Shown here in pieces: positions 12,308 to 23,448 of a stretch of DNA of 64,000 nucleotides (the first letter of the stretch is position 1; each line of letters begins with the position of its first letter). The stretch is from Chlamydiales bacterium (GTDB lineage: Bacteria > Chlamydiota > Chlamydiia > Chlamydiales > JAAZZY01). The notes under the pieces were generated by a model that had not been told where the DNA came from, ran no database searches, and saw only the letters and a list, made by a program, of their open reading frames with translations. A program made the position numbers and the translations under genes. The DNA lies in contig CBDBKM010000011.1 in the NCBI GenBank assembly GCA_965206695.1, positions 352,001-416,000 of the forward strand. The letters are read 5' to 3'.

Positions 12308-12529
12308 TACCTCCCGGGATTTTAGATTAGTATGCTGAGTAAGATGATCATTTCATCTTAATATATTATAGAAAATGTAACCAGAATATAGACCTTAACC
12401 CCTTAGATTAATAAATTTATTTTTTATCGATCAGCCTTTTTAAATATTAGGATCAAAAATACTATCTATAAGTCTTTATTGATTCTTATTCAAGAGGTAA
12501 GCATTAGGTGTTGAGTATCCAAGTTATTA

Positions 12530-14632
12530 TTATTGAACATCTGTAGCACACCTAAAACCATATGTCCGATTTTCTGTACCCGGATTATTTCGATGACGGT
12601 GGGAACAGCGCAAATCTTCTTTTAAACTTTTCCAACAACCTCCTCTTAAAACACGATATACTCCCTGTAAAGGACCTTGTGGGTCCTCCGGTTCTTGGGC
12701 TGAAGTTTCATAGTAGTTATAACTATACCAATCTTGACACCATTCATAAACATTACCGGCCATATCATATAATCCGAAAGGATTTGGCGGATAACTCATA
12801 ACAGTTGTCGTATCAGAACTAAAGAAATTTGCCTGATGCTTTTCTATTTCATTACCCGTAGGGTAAATGACATCTACAATATTGCCTCGTGCAGCCACTT
12901 CCCATTCAGCCTCAGTTGGCAAGCGTTTTCCAACCCATTTGGCATAAGCTACTGCTCCATACCAAGTAATACCCACAACAGGATGTTTACTATAGCCTGA
13001 TTCGATGCTTAGTTGCCCACCGCTTCTTTTGACTCGGGATTCCCTTAATCGAATAATATCATTATTATGGGCATCTTTTTCCCCTCCCATCGCTTCAAGA
13101 AATCGAACAAATTGTTCATTTGTAACGGGATGTACGTCTAGTGCACAACTTTTTAAAGTAATATTATGTACCGGAAGCTCATCCCGACTACCATCATTAC
13201 TGCCTCGTTTAAAAACACCCCCCTTTATCACAACCATATCTGTTAAAAGAGGCTCCACTTCTTTAACTTCTCTAGGTTTCGGTTGGTAATGAGTAACGGA
13301 TGACTCATGACTAAAGATAGCGCCCGGATCAGGATCATAATCAGGTCTTTTTATTTCTCTTTTTTGCATCAACGGTTTCAATGAAGATTCCATATGATGA
13401 GTGGCTGATTCGTGTATAGCCATTGCAATTTCCGGTTGAGCTATCATGTTTGGCTTAGGTTGGGGCGAGAGTGATTGAAAGGAGTTAGCTACTTGATTGG
13501 TTAACGTTTTCGTCTGAGATTGCGGAAAAGGGGGCGAATGACGATCCGCTATATCAGCAATCGGTTCCGACGGTGGTGCAATATCAGATGTTTTTTCTAT
13601 CGATGATGTCGCAACATCTTCAGCAGTATAGGATATCTGTTCTTCATCTCCGAAAATATTATGATTTTGAAGTTTTTGAGGATGAACAAATGTGTTGCTT
13701 TTTTGTAATAACTTATCTAAAGCTCCAAGCAATGAGGTGGGACGTTTTTCAGGATTACCTTGAAGACAACGGCAAATTAATAAGTCCCAATTCATCTTGT
13801 ATTCAGGCACAACTTCAGAGGGCATATCAAAAACACCTTCCGGAAATTTATCTGTTATCATATGGTAAACCAATACCCCAAAAGCATAAATATCACTTGC
13901 CGGTTCAATAGATTGAGATTGAGCAATAACTTTTTGTTCAGGAGCTAAAAAAGCATAGTTTTGCAAAAATGAATTATGCAATGTCATGAGTTTAGAAGAA
14001 TCTATATTGCTTGTAACATATCGCTCTTCACCTGTGGTATTATTTATTAGAACAGGAGTGATATCCAGTGCATCGGCTAAAGCTTTGTATGTTCGACTCA
14101 ACACGGCTCCGGTACCAATAATACGAGAAAGACCAAAATCAGATAAAAACAAATCTACTTTACCTTCAGTCCCTTTGCCAACGAGGATATTGTTAAATTT
14201 CAATCCTCGATGTACGACTTCACCTCCTCCTCTTCGTTTGCTATGGGCATAATCCAAAGCATCAGCAATTTGACGAACAAGAAATAGTAATTCATTTTCT
14301 TTAAGTCGGTAGCCAAGATCTAAAAGATATTGTTTCAAATTAGTCGTTTCGCTAAGACTATCAACGACACAATCCATAACTAAAAAATAGCTACCTTCTG
14401 AAAATGAAACATTGTGTATCTTAACAATATGGGGATGATCTAATGAAGCCAGTAACGCTACTTCTTCTTCAAATCTTTGAATAAAACCCTTATCTGATGC
14501 TAATTCTTCAGGCAAGACTTTGAGGATATATTGTCTTTTCATGAATCGATGTTCTGCTAAAAAGACTGTTCCTAAAGATCCTTGACCGATCTGCTTGAGA
14601 ATGTTATAATCACCTAATACCCGAATGCTCAC
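12530..14632 (-). CDS. pkn1: Ser/Thr kinase fused to C-terminal FGE-sulfatase domain (chlamydial Pkn1)
   Basis: IGQGSLG, SDFGL, APE; RLPTEAEWEVAARG, GLYDMAGNVYEW, GFRC. Confidence 0.93.
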   Translation of the reverse strand: MSIRVLGDYNILKQIGQGSLGTVFLAEHRFMKRQYILKVLPEELASDKGFIQRFEEEVALLASLDHPHIVKIHNVSFSEGSYFLVMDCVVDSLSETTNLKQYLLDLGYRLKENELLFLVRQIADALDYAHSKRRGGGEVVHRGLKFNNILVGKGTEGKVDLFLSDFGLSRIIGTGAVLSRTYKALADALDITPVLINNTTGEERYVTSNIDSSKLMTLHNSFLQNYAFLAPEQKVIAQSQSIEPASDIYAFGVLVYHMITDKFPEGVFDMPSEVVPEYKMNWDLLICRCLQGNPEKRPTSLLGALDKLLQKSNTFVHPQKLQNHNIFGDEEQISYTAEDVATSSIEKTSDIAPPSEPIADIADRHSPPFPQSQTKTLTNQVANSFQSLSPQPKPNMIAQPEIAMAIHESATHHMESSLKPLMQKREIKRPDYDPDPGAIFSHESSVTHYQPKPREVKEVEPLLTDMVVIKGGVFKRGSNDGSRDELPVHNITLKSCALDVHPVTNEQFVRFLEAMGGEKDAHNNDIIRLRESRVKRSGGQLSIESGYSKHPVVGITWYGAVAYAKWVGKRLPTEAEWEVAARGNIVDVIYPTGNEIEKHQANFFSSDTTTVMSYPPNPFGLYDMAGNVYEWCQDWYSYNYYETSAQEPEDPQGPLQGVYRVLRGGCWKSLKEDLRCSHRHRNNPGTENRTYGFRCATDVQ

Positions 14633-14769
14633 CTTTACCTCATGATTGAATCATTTAATTTATTTGTTTAGTCCGGGAAGACATACACTCACTTAAGATA
14701 TCCTTCCATTACATGGATTTTCCTACTATAGGGAAACTAATCCGGACTTCTTTTAATTAACTTTTTTGC

Positions 14770-15611
14770 TCACTCATATCTTTCCCATTTAATAGCCTCT
14801 TGAACAAATGAAAAGATACCGGATCCGGAAATCATAATATTGTTATCTAATATATTATTCAAGTGATGCACTAAAATCGTATCTTTTTCCGTTCCCTTTG
14901 AAAGCATTAGAGTTACATAATATAAATGGACATCACAACTATTTTTTTCCAGAGCTTTCATAAATTTTTCGAAAGCCTTTTTTTCAGACAACTCCTTTTA
15001 TTTAATGAAATAGCCGGTTCCAAAAACTTCATATAAATGAATCCAAAAGTTTTATCCACTATAAAATGATTAGGAACATGTTGAATAACATGATAAAGCT
15101 GTTCCATAAAACAATCGTAAAGCTTTAAATTCACATTGTTTATTGCAACAAGGTAACCCAATTGATCGTATGTAGGATGTACATCAAAAATAAACGCGTA
15201 TTCACTGTGAATCTTTCTAGCGACACCTATGAAAGTTGCATCATTAAATGTCATATACAATTGAAGTGCTTGATTATAAATGGATTCCTTATTTGAAGAT
15301 AGGATAGTATCAACACCGGCCTTTGAAGCAAACTCTAAAGCCTCCAAAAAAGTTAACATAGCCTTACAACGTTTTTGGTCTTTTAGATACACTAAAGCTT
15401 TTTGCAATAAAAATTCTCCGGCTTTAGCAGATTCGCTTAAGATGACTCGATCTAAATAATTAAGCGCCCTGTTATAGTCTCTTTTTACGGGAGCTCTTTC
15501 CGCTTGCTTTTGCAAAAAGTAAGCGGATAAAATATTGATTCTCATTAAAATAATCGATAAGCAAACTAAAAAAGAATATTTTTTCATTTGTAATAAGGAA
15601 ATCATTAGCAA
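14770..15611 (-). pseudogene. TPR-like exported protein, apparently split by a frameshift near 14990
   Basis: Two overlapping co-directional ORFs (14958-15611, 14770-14991) with TPR-like helices and a hydrophobic leader. Confidence 0.5.
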
Positions 15612-15716
15612 CTACCCAATTGAAAACGCATTATTCCTATCGAAGTGAAAAAAAACAATCACAACTTTTTTAAGTGCAAGTTTAAATTTTTAATTATATG
15701 TTTTTTTTTGTAAAGA

Positions 15717-15753
15717 TGCCTTTTCAACTATGAAGTGCAACAAATTTGTAATC
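15717..15753 (-). mobile_element. Isolated IS30 terminal inverted repeat
   Basis: TGCCTTTTCAACTATGAAGTGCAACAAA matches the reverse complement of 2394-2421. Confidence 0.8.
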
Positions 15754-15755
15754 TA

Positions 15756-16907
15756 TACTGCTCGTAGCTGAATCAGAGAATTCATCTTAAAGGACAATGA
15801 ATATGATTAATAATAATTTTTTGAAAATTATCGTTAATTCTTTGACCTAATTGCTTTTTCATTTTTGGAATTTCTTCAAAACAGAACGTTCGGATAGCGT
15901 CACTGAAATCAATCAATTTCTCGTAGCACTTATTGTAAGTTTTTTTCTCCCTCATCACCTTCCGGAACCTCTCTATTGGATTCAAATTGGGTGAATATGG
16001 CGACAAGTAATGGATTTTCATCTTTGATGTAATAAGAAATTCATTAATCTTTTTGTTTTTATTGGATCGGCCATTATCACAAATAATCTGAATGGATTCT
16101 GCACCGGATGACTTTTCCAAATCTTTTAGAACGTTTATTACATTATCGGCATTTATCGTATCGTATTCTTGTGCAAAGACTTCCGGCTTAGCAAGCGGTA
16201 AAGCTTCTACAAAATGCATTCTAAATTGTTTGTTCGTAGTCGGGAGCGTTTGTATCTCTCCCTTCTTTATCCGGCCGGATATGGCTTGAGACCGGAATTC
16301 AGGATGCACAGCATCCAAAAAATACATTTTCCCGCCTTCTCCTAATGCAGCTTTCAAGCTCATGTATGACTCTATAAAATCTTGCCGCCTTTGTGGATCG
16401 AACTTTCCCGGAACTTTCAATGGCTCTTTGTAGGTAAACGCATGATCTTTGAGCCAAGAGGTTATTCCGGATACTGAATAGATGATGTTATATTGTTCTT
16501 TGACGTACTTACAGATTTGTTTTGCATGAAAATAGGTGAATATTTGAAGTTGTTTCAACAACTCTTGTGTCCGTATTTTATTTAGCTTACCGGCGCTTCC
16601 GCCTTTAGGGGCGTGATGCGTTTTTGTCAACTCTTCGTATTCCGTCAAATATCGATATACGCTTGCTATAGCTATTCGATGAGCTTGAGCGATTGACTTG
16701 GGAGACATTCCTTCGCTTCTTGCTAAAATCACACATAAACGTAATCGTTCATGTATATTACGAGTGTTTCTTGCGCGATTCTCAAGGTTAGATTTTTCTT
16801 TTGGTGAAAGGTGTATTTATGATGTAGATCAAAATTTAAAGAAGTAAGGTTACTCTATCACTAACTAATTTTTTAACAAAATTCCTCTGATTCAGCTGCG
16901 AGCAGTA
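15756..16907 (-). mobile_element. IS630-family element
   Basis: TIR TACTGCTCG(T/C)AGCTGAATCAGAG at both ends, TA duplication. Confidence 0.9.
15782..16816 (-). pseudogene. IS630 transposase with lost start codon and substitutions at conserved Trp residues
   Basis: FLDAVHP, ICDNG, LSPYSPNLNPIER; frame open to about 16816, then TAA with no ATG. Confidence 0.8.
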
Positions 16908-16909
16908 TA

Positions 16910-17069
16910 TAATACATGTTACGATACATTTACTGATTTTATAATGAGAGGTAAGTTTTTTTTTAAAGACAAAATCTCGATTTTAAGAGACAAGCTTAAG
17001 ACACGAATGAATGATCCATTTCAAGTACCGAAACTCAATCCTGTCCGGCTGCCAATGTGAATGAGTATA
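16910..17069 (+). pseudogene. IS630 3' remnant with right end
   Basis: Translates to YDTFTDF...KTRMNDPFQV; ends CCAATGTGAATGAGTATA as at 40150-40167. Confidence 0.65.
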
Positions 17070-17334
17070 CGCCTATTAATCATTTCTTTGAGTACATAGT
17101 AACGATCTATTTCCTTTTTAGACCCCCCTTGACATTTAATCGTTAAAAAAATCTGTATACTGTTTATAGAACTTCCATTCAATTAAAAAAGTTCCTATTA
17201 TCAATTTATAAAAACGGAAGTTTCTATTTTGGAGAAAAGCGAAAATTTCTATTTTGTTACTACAGATATTTATTTAAAGATGTCTTTAAATCCTAGCTTT
17301 AGATAAACTGCTACGACTTCTACATATAAAATCA

Positions 17335-18651
17335 GTGTATTCTATGACCTTTGATAAATTTAATTTGCATCCCCAAGTTCTTAAAGCTGTTGCTGAAGTA
17401 GGGTATTCCGAACCAACACAGATTCAATCACAAGCTATACCAAACGTCCTGCAAGGCCTAGATATTAGGGCTTCGGCGCAGACCGGCACAGGCAAAACGG
17501 CTGCATTTCTTTTACCGGCTCTTCATCGTTTAACCCTTCCTGCCACAAGACCGGGTAGAGGAGGACCACGAGTTCTTATTCTTGTCCCTACTCGAGAACT
17601 TGCTATGCAAGTTGCTGTACAGGCAGAAAAATATAGTAAATACTTACATCGACTACAAACGGTTTGTGTTGTCGGTGGTGTTCCATATCCAACTCAGATG
17701 CGCAAACTTTCTCGTCCCTATGATATTCTAATTGCGACTCCCGGGCGCCTTATTGACTTTATCGATCGTGGCAAGATAGACTTTTCTCGCTTGGAAATGC
17801 TCGTTCTTGATGAAGCAGATCGTATGTTAGATATGGGGTTTGTTGAGCCTGTTGAGCAAATTGTTGCACGCACTCCGGCAAACCGCCAAACGTTACTATT
17901 TTCTGCGACTTTGAAAGGGGAAGTTATTAAGCTGTCAGATCGGCTTTTAAATAAGCCTATGGATATTATGATTCAAGCTGAGCAGACTACCAATGAAAAT
18001 GTTCAGCAGAAACTTTATTATGTTGACGATTTGTATCACAAAAATCGTCTTCTTGATCACCTTTTAAGTGAAGGTGGTGTTGACAATGCTATAGTCTTTA
18101 CTTCAACAAAGCGACATGCAGATCAGCTTACTGATGAACTCCATGAAAAGGGATACCGCGTAGCTTCGTTACATGGTGATATGAGCCAGAGGCATCGGAC
18201 TCGAACGATAGGGGAATTGAGAAAAGGTAAGATTTCAATCTTAGTAGCTACTGACGTTGCAGCTAGAGGTATTGATGTCCGATCAATTACTCACGTGATC
18301 AATTTCGACCTTCCTCGCAATGTGGAAGATTATGTGCATCGTATTGGTCGTACCGGACGTGCAGGAGCATCGGGGATAGCATTATCTTTCGCTGCCGGGC
18401 GTGATGCTTTATTAGTGAAAAAGATTGAAGAGTTTACTCGACAGTCGATTGATATCGCAGAAATAGCCGGTATGGAGCCTCGTATCAAGCCTCATACTAC
18501 TCGTCCGCGTCCTTCTTCTAATAGACGTTCTCGTTTTCGCCCCGGAGCGAAGAATGGGGCTCATCGTCCTACAAGATCGGGTTCGAAATCATCAAAGGCC
18601 GGGGCCGGTGGAAGCAGACGAAATAGTAAAAGTGTCCGTCCTTCTTCTTAA
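17335..18651 (+). CDS. DEAD-box ATP-dependent RNA helicase (RhlE/SrmB-like)
   Basis: AQTGTGKT, PTRELA, DEAD, SAT, ARGID, HRIGRTGR, basic tail. Confidence 0.96.
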   Translation: MYSMTFDKFNLHPQVLKAVAEVGYSEPTQIQSQAIPNVLQGLDIRASAQTGTGKTAAFLLPALHRLTLPATRPGRGGPRVLILVPTRELAMQVAVQAEKYSKYLHRLQTVCVVGGVPYPTQMRKLSRPYDILIATPGRLIDFIDRGKIDFSRLEMLVLDEADRMLDMGFVEPVEQIVARTPANRQTLLFSATLKGEVIKLSDRLLNKPMDIMIQAEQTTNENVQQKLYYVDDLYHKNRLLDHLLSEGGVDNAIVFTSTKRHADQLTDELHEKGYRVASLHGDMSQRHRTRTIGELRKGKISILVATDVAARGIDVRSITHVINFDLPRNVEDYVHRIGRTGRAGASGIALSFAAGRDALLVKKIEEFTRQSIDIAEIAGMEPRIKPHTTRPRPSSNRRSRFRPGAKNGAHRPTRSGSKSSKAGAGGSRRNSKSVRPSS

Positions 18652-18660
18652 ATTCAAGCA

Positions 18661-18686
18661 AGGCAAGTAGTCTATACTATTTGCCT
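18661..18686 (+). terminator. Hairpin after helicase
   Basis: AGGCAAGTAG-TCTATA-CTATTTGCCT. Confidence 0.55.
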
Positions 18687-18917
18687 AACTTAATCATTAA
18701 CTCACCTTATGCAAAGTTAATATAAAGATTTTTCTATAAATGTTATCATTTTCTTTCAATTTTGAGGAAAGAACCTGTCAAAAAATCTTCCGGATATATA
18801 TACGGATTACCTAATTAGTCAGAATCAATACGCTACAGCTATAGGACTTTCAGCGCTTTTAGATGGAGAAATCAGCAAAAATTTATGGCTGTATGTAAAA
18901 TCTAAGCTTCGAAGATA

Positions 18918-20011
18918 TACCCCTTATGAATCAAAGTGCCGATTCTAAGACTTGAAAATGATCATTGATTCGTGTCCTCATTGATTGAGCAATAGAGGGC
19001 CAAGTATTTTCAAAAAATCCGGTAATCGATCTCCGAAATTCTTTAGCAGAATTAAAAAACCGATTATTGCGACAATATTCATTCATCACTTTCCATAATC
19101 GTTCAATAGGATTGAGGTTAGGACTGTAAGAAGGTAAATAATAGAGAATAATACCTTGTTTTTCTGCTTCTTGTTTGGTCTGAATACTTGTATTATAAGG
19201 ACCTTGATCTAAAATAAGATGGATATTTGGAGCTGAGGGATATTTTGACCGTAATAAAGCAAAATGTTTTGCCATGGTACCGCTATTTAATGTTTCATAA
19301 GCATCTATTGTTACCTTCATACTGTTTAAATTGATAGACCCCATAAGATTCATTCGAGTTCTAGAAGCTGTTGTTGCGATTAATTTACTTGTTCCCGGTC
19401 GAATCCAACCATAAGAAATTTTAGTTGCCATAGTTGGATGTACACCATCAGCAAATTCAACAGGCTCATTTTTAGGCAGAGATGCCATAAGCTTGGTGTA
19501 AAATTGCATCCAAGCTTTTTGTTGATCAGAATTTGCCTTAGCCGGTGTACCTTTAGGCTTTTTATAGGAAAAACCATGTGAGTGTAGCCAAGAAGTCATC
19601 CCTGAAATCGTATAAACAATGCCATATTTCGCGAGAACATAAGAACAGATATCTTCTACTTTGACATAGGTATGAGTTGTTAAATGTTTAATGAATTCTT
19701 CTGACTGTGGCGCAAGAAGTTTACTGACTGAACCACCGCTTTCTACATGCAATTGCTGTTTATTTTGATATTCTTTAATGTGACGAGACACTGTTTCATC
19801 GTCTAAAAGCACAGCTTCAGCAATACGAGTATTACTCCAACCTTTATTCGACAATAGAACAGCCTTGATACGATCTCGTATACGACCATTCTTTTCTCGT
19901 TTATGTTGCTGTCTGAGATGCTTTTCTTCTGATAGTGTTAAAAATGAATTCATACAAAATAATTTACACTATACGAATACAAAATATCCGGAGGTTTATT
20001 CGTGATGAGTA
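18918..20011 (-). mobile_element. IS630-family element, 1094 bp (copy 1 of 3)
   Basis: Ends TACCCCTTATGAAT / ATTCGTGATGAGTA with TA flanks; near-identical to 48677-49770 and 59239-60332. Confidence 0.95.
18931..19953 (-). CDS. IS630 transposase, 340 aa
   Basis: FADGVHP, LILDQ, LPSYSPNLNPIERLW. Confidence 0.95.
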   Translation of the reverse strand: MNSFLTLSEEKHLRQQHKREKNGRIRDRIKAVLLSNKGWSNTRIAEAVLLDDETVSRHIKEYQNKQQLHVESGGSVSKLLAPQSEEFIKHLTTHTYVKVEDICSYVLAKYGIVYTISGMTSWLHSHGFSYKKPKGTPAKANSDQQKAWMQFYTKLMASLPKNEPVEFADGVHPTMATKISYGWIRPGTSKLIATTASRTRMNLMGSINLNSMKVTIDAYETLNSGTMAKHFALLRSKYPSAPNIHLILDQGPYNTSIQTKQEAEKQGIILYYLPSYSPNLNPIERLWKVMNEYCRNNRFFNSAKEFRRSITGFFENTWPSIAQSMRTRINDHFQVLESAL

Positions 20012-20884
20012 TATAAGACTTCTTCAAAGGGTGTTTTAATTTTAGATAACTCTATAGAGGAGAAACCTTATACGGAAAAAAATCGTTACTTAGCATTTTT
20101 TTCATGCCAAAAGAAGATGCGTTAAAGGCATCAATATTCTTTCTACTCTTGTTAGATACGATGATATAGCCTTTCCTATTGGCTATGAAATCATATCTAA
20201 AATAGTTCGTTTTTATGATATTAAAACAAAAGAAAAGAAAATCCGGTTTAACTAAAAATGAATGATTTCGAAGGCAAATCAAGCCGGCTATAAACAACCG
20301 GGTACACTTTTTCTTGCTGATAATCGGTTTGGATCGAAAAACAACATGGAGCTTATTCAATATGAAACAGATAAGAAATTTATTTTAGGTATGAAGTCAA
20401 ATAGACCAATCGCTTTCTCAAAAAGAGAAAGCAAAAAAGGGTCAGTATTACAATCCGGAATCGCTTCATCTCAAGGACGGAGAAAAAAAGATAGTGTGGC
20501 TTAAGCATGTAGCTTTTTCTGTTCCTCTAATAAAGAAAATCTTCATAAACGAAGATAGCGCATCAGGAGCTCTGTACCTTGTATGCAACGAGTGAGACCT
20601 TGATGCCGGCTCACTCTATGAGATCTACAAAAAAATCATATTTTTGCATCTCTTGTTGCTTATTGCAAGCCGGAATTATTAAAAATTAAGACCCATTTAA
20701 ATTATTTTGCTCTTAAATATAAATGGTTACCGAGTAACCTTTTATGAACTGCAAAAATGACATGCTACTTGATTTTGCGTAAGGTAACTTCCTCACTTGC
20801 CTTCAATATTATGATAATTTTCTGCAAAATTAAATAGGATTTCGTGTAACATTTTTACTTAACCGGAATGCTTAAGAGAAAATC

Positions 20885-21805
20885 ATGATCAAACGTAATA
20901 GCCCTTGTTGGTGTGGTAGTGGGGAAAAATGGAAAAAATGTCATTCTCCGGATATTGGACCGCAAAAAGAACAAGAGCAACTGATTCAAGAATATTACAA
21001 AAAATGGGGTATTCTTTTAAAAACTGAACAAGAAATTCAAGGTATAAGAAAAGCATCTCTTTTAGCTGCTGATATTCTTAATAAAACATGTAAGATGGCA
21101 AAAGAAGGTGTAACCACGCAAGAGCTTAATGACTTTACTCATCAACTTCATGTAGAAGCTAATGCAACACCGGCATCTTTAAATTACGGTTCTCCTCCTT
21201 ATCCAAAAAGTATTTGCATTTCCTTGAATGAAGTTATTTGTCATGGTATCGCCGATGACCGCCCTTTAAAAAAAGGTGATATAGCTAACTTAGATGTAGC
21301 CTGTATCCTTGATGGCTATTATGGAGACTGTAGCCGCATGGTGTCTATTGGCAGAATAAGCGATGAAAAGCAATTGGTAATGGATGTCTCCTATGAATGC
21401 TTGATGCAAAGTATTGCAATTCTTAAGCCCGGTGTCTTAATCTCTGATATTGGAAAGGTTATTGAAGATATTGCTTATTCAAAAGGATGTTCTGTCGTTA
21501 ATATGTTTGTCGGGCATGGTGTTGGCATAAACTTTCATGAATCTCCTCAAGTCCCTCACTGCCGCAATGAAACGCACGTCCCTTGCGTTAAAGGAATGAC
21601 TTTTACCATTGAACCTATGATTAATGCCGGGGTAAGAGATGCTATTATTGACCCTTATGATCATTGGACAGCTCGAACAGCAGACGGAAGAGCTAGTGCC
21701 CAATGGGAACATACTATTTTAATTACAGATAACGGACACGAGATCCTTACAAAAGCCGATTGGTCATTTGACAGCTCCCAACCCCTAAAGGGAAGGGATT
21801 CCTAA
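20885..21805 (+). CDS. map: Methionine aminopeptidase type I with N-terminal SEC-C motif; last codons derive from IS605
   Basis: RNSPCWCGSGEKWKKCH, ICHGI, GHGVG, FTIEPM, SAQWEHT. Confidence 0.96.
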   Translation: MIKRNSPCWCGSGEKWKKCHSPDIGPQKEQEQLIQEYYKKWGILLKTEQEIQGIRKASLLAADILNKTCKMAKEGVTTQELNDFTHQLHVEANATPASLNYGSPPYPKSICISLNEVICHGIADDRPLKKGDIANLDVACILDGYYGDCSRMVSIGRISDEKQLVMDVSYECLMQSIAILKPGVLISDIGKVIEDIAYSKGCSVVNMFVGHGVGINFHESPQVPHCRNETHVPCVKGMTFTIEPMINAGVRDAIIDPYDHWTARTADGRASAQWEHTILITDNGHEILTKADWSFDSSQPLKGRDS

Positions 21806-21900
21806 TTCATCGACCACTGCTAACAAACAAGCTAGTCTAACATGATCTCCAAAGGCTTACATTACCGACTGCCCTGCGGTATCGAGATTAATAGATGCAT
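21768..21900 (-). ncRNA. Predicted TnpB omegaRNA (reRNA) scaffold; 5' boundary approximate
   Basis: Overlaps tnpB 3' end and right end; homologous sequence recurs four more times in the window. Confidence 0.7.
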
Positions 21901-22960
21901 TAAGATCTCTATCGTGTGTTACTTTGCAGTTTGGACACTGCCAACTTCTCACACTTAAATCTAAAATTTCTATTTGGTACCGGCAGGCAGAGCATAGTTT
22001 TGAACTAGCAAAAAATTGATCTAATTCCACTATATTTCTTCCGTACCATTCACACTTATACTTTAAAAATATTAAAAACCGGCTCCATCCTGCATCCGAT
22101 ATATGCTTGGAAAGTTTTTTATTTTTTAACATCTTATTAATATTTAACCCTTCTATCGTGATCGTTTGGTTTTCACGAGCCAACTTTGTAGAAAGTTTAT
22201 GATGAAAGTCCTGCCTTATATTTTTTATCTTCGAATGTATCGAAGCCACCGATCTTCTTTTTTTGAGTCTGTTTTTACCTTTGACTTTAGCTTTGCTAAG
22301 AGAACGTTGTTTTCTTTTTAGTCTTTTCTTATGAAATCTAAAAGGTTTAGGTGCCGTAATCTTTTTCCCTGTAGAAAGAGTTGCGAATGTCGTTAATCCT
22401 AAATCTATACCGACAGAATTATTTCTCTTCTCAAAAGGGATCACTTCTTCTTCTACTAATAGGCTCACAAAATACCTGTCACAAGAGTCTTTTGTGATTG
22501 TTATACCTGTTGGTGTACCTAAAAAACACCTTGACCAATGTATTTTTAATCTGTCTTTAGATTTTGCAATCTTAAGATTAACCCCATCCCAACTAAATGC
22601 TGACTTAGTTAATCGTATTGCCTGCGTACTGTGTTTGTTTTTAAAGCGAGGGAAATTTGACCTTTTTTTAAAAAAGTTTAAAAAAGCTCTATCAAGATCT
22701 CTAAGACTTTGTTGCAGACAAACAGAAGAAACTTCGTTTAACCAAAGAAACTCTTTGTTTTGCTTAAGACTTGTCAAGAATGCCGATGTTTTAGAATAAC
22801 TTACATTCTCTTTGTATTCCTGATATTTCTTGATCTTAAAATTTAAAGCTTGATTATATACAACTCCGGAACATCCAAAGCTTTTTGCAAGCAACTCCTT
22901 TTGTTTTTTCGTTGGATAGAATCTGAATTTATATGCTTTTTTGATCATCATGTATTGCAT
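21857..22960 (-). CDS. tnpB: RNA-guided endonuclease TnpB
   Basis: KAYKFRFYP, RuvC GIDLG / IEGL / DRDLNASIN, Zn finger CSAC...CPNC. Confidence 0.95.
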   Translation of the reverse strand: MQYMMIKKAYKFRFYPTKKQKELLAKSFGCSGVVYNQALNFKIKKYQEYKENVSYSKTSAFLTSLKQNKEFLWLNEVSSVCLQQSLRDLDRAFLNFFKKRSNFPRFKNKHSTQAIRLTKSAFSWDGVNLKIAKSKDRLKIHWSRCFLGTPTGITITKDSCDRYFVSLLVEEEVIPFEKRNNSVGIDLGLTTFATLSTGKKITAPKPFRFHKKRLKRKQRSLSKAKVKGKNRLKKRRSVASIHSKIKNIRQDFHHKLSTKLARENQTITIEGLNINKMLKNKKLSKHISDAGWSRFLIFLKYKCEWYGRNIVELDQFFASSKLCSACRYQIEILDLSVRSWQCPNCKVTHDRDLNASINLDTAGQSVM

Positions 22961-22980
22961 TATATGTCCGGTATATATAT

Positions 22981-23385
22981 ATTGTCTATCCGGAAAGACG
23001 GAAAACCTCTAAAACAGCAGTTTTTAACCTTAGTTACCATGTTATTTGGTGTCCTAAATATAGGAGAAAGGTTCTTGAAGGTGATATTGTTGTTCGTTTA
23101 AAGGAATTATTAAAATTAAAAGCTCTACAACTAAATATAGAGATTCACGAACTGAATATTATGCCTGATCACGTACATATTTTTTTAAATACCAAGCCTA
23201 TATATTCGCCACAATTTTTCATAGGACAACTTAAGGGATATACAAGCCGAATATTAAGGCAAGAATTTTCAAGCTTAAGATCCGGGTTACCCACACTGTG
23301 GACACGGTCTTATTATGTTGATAGTGTTGGAAAATTAAATGAATATACAATCAAAAAGTATATACGGAATCAAAAAAACAAATAG
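22981..23385 (+). CDS. tnpA: IS200/IS605 TnpA; frame open but no canonical start before 23161
   Basis: YHVIWCPKYRR, PDHVHIF, LKGYTS, LWTRSYY, IKKYIRNQ all in one frame. Confidence 0.8.
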   Translation: MVYPERRKTSKTAVFNLSYHVIWCPKYRRKVLEGDIVVRLKELLKLKALQLNIEIHELNIMPDHVHIFLNTKPIYSPQFFIGQLKGYTSRILRQEFSSLRSGLPTLWTRSYYVDSVGKLNEYTIKKYIRNQKNK

Positions 23386-23448
23386 ACACTTTCATCCACC
23401 CTTAAAAAGGTGGGTTTTCTCGTTTAATTGTCATAAACCAAAAAATTT

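Larger units (their letters stand above)
18701..20787 (+). mobile_element. Degraded IS701-family element interrupted by IS630
   Basis: YTDYLISQNQYATAIGLSALLDGEIS N-terminus; FLADNRF and FILGMKSNR fragments; IRs CTCACCTTATGCAAA / TTTGCGTAAGGTAA. Confidence 0.75.
21768..23432 (-). mobile_element. IS605-group element (divergent tnpA/tnpB)
   Basis: Right end ...GAGCTGTCAA at 21768 (minus), left-end hairpin near 23395-23420, TTTAT 5' of left end, no TSD. Confidence 0.9.
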
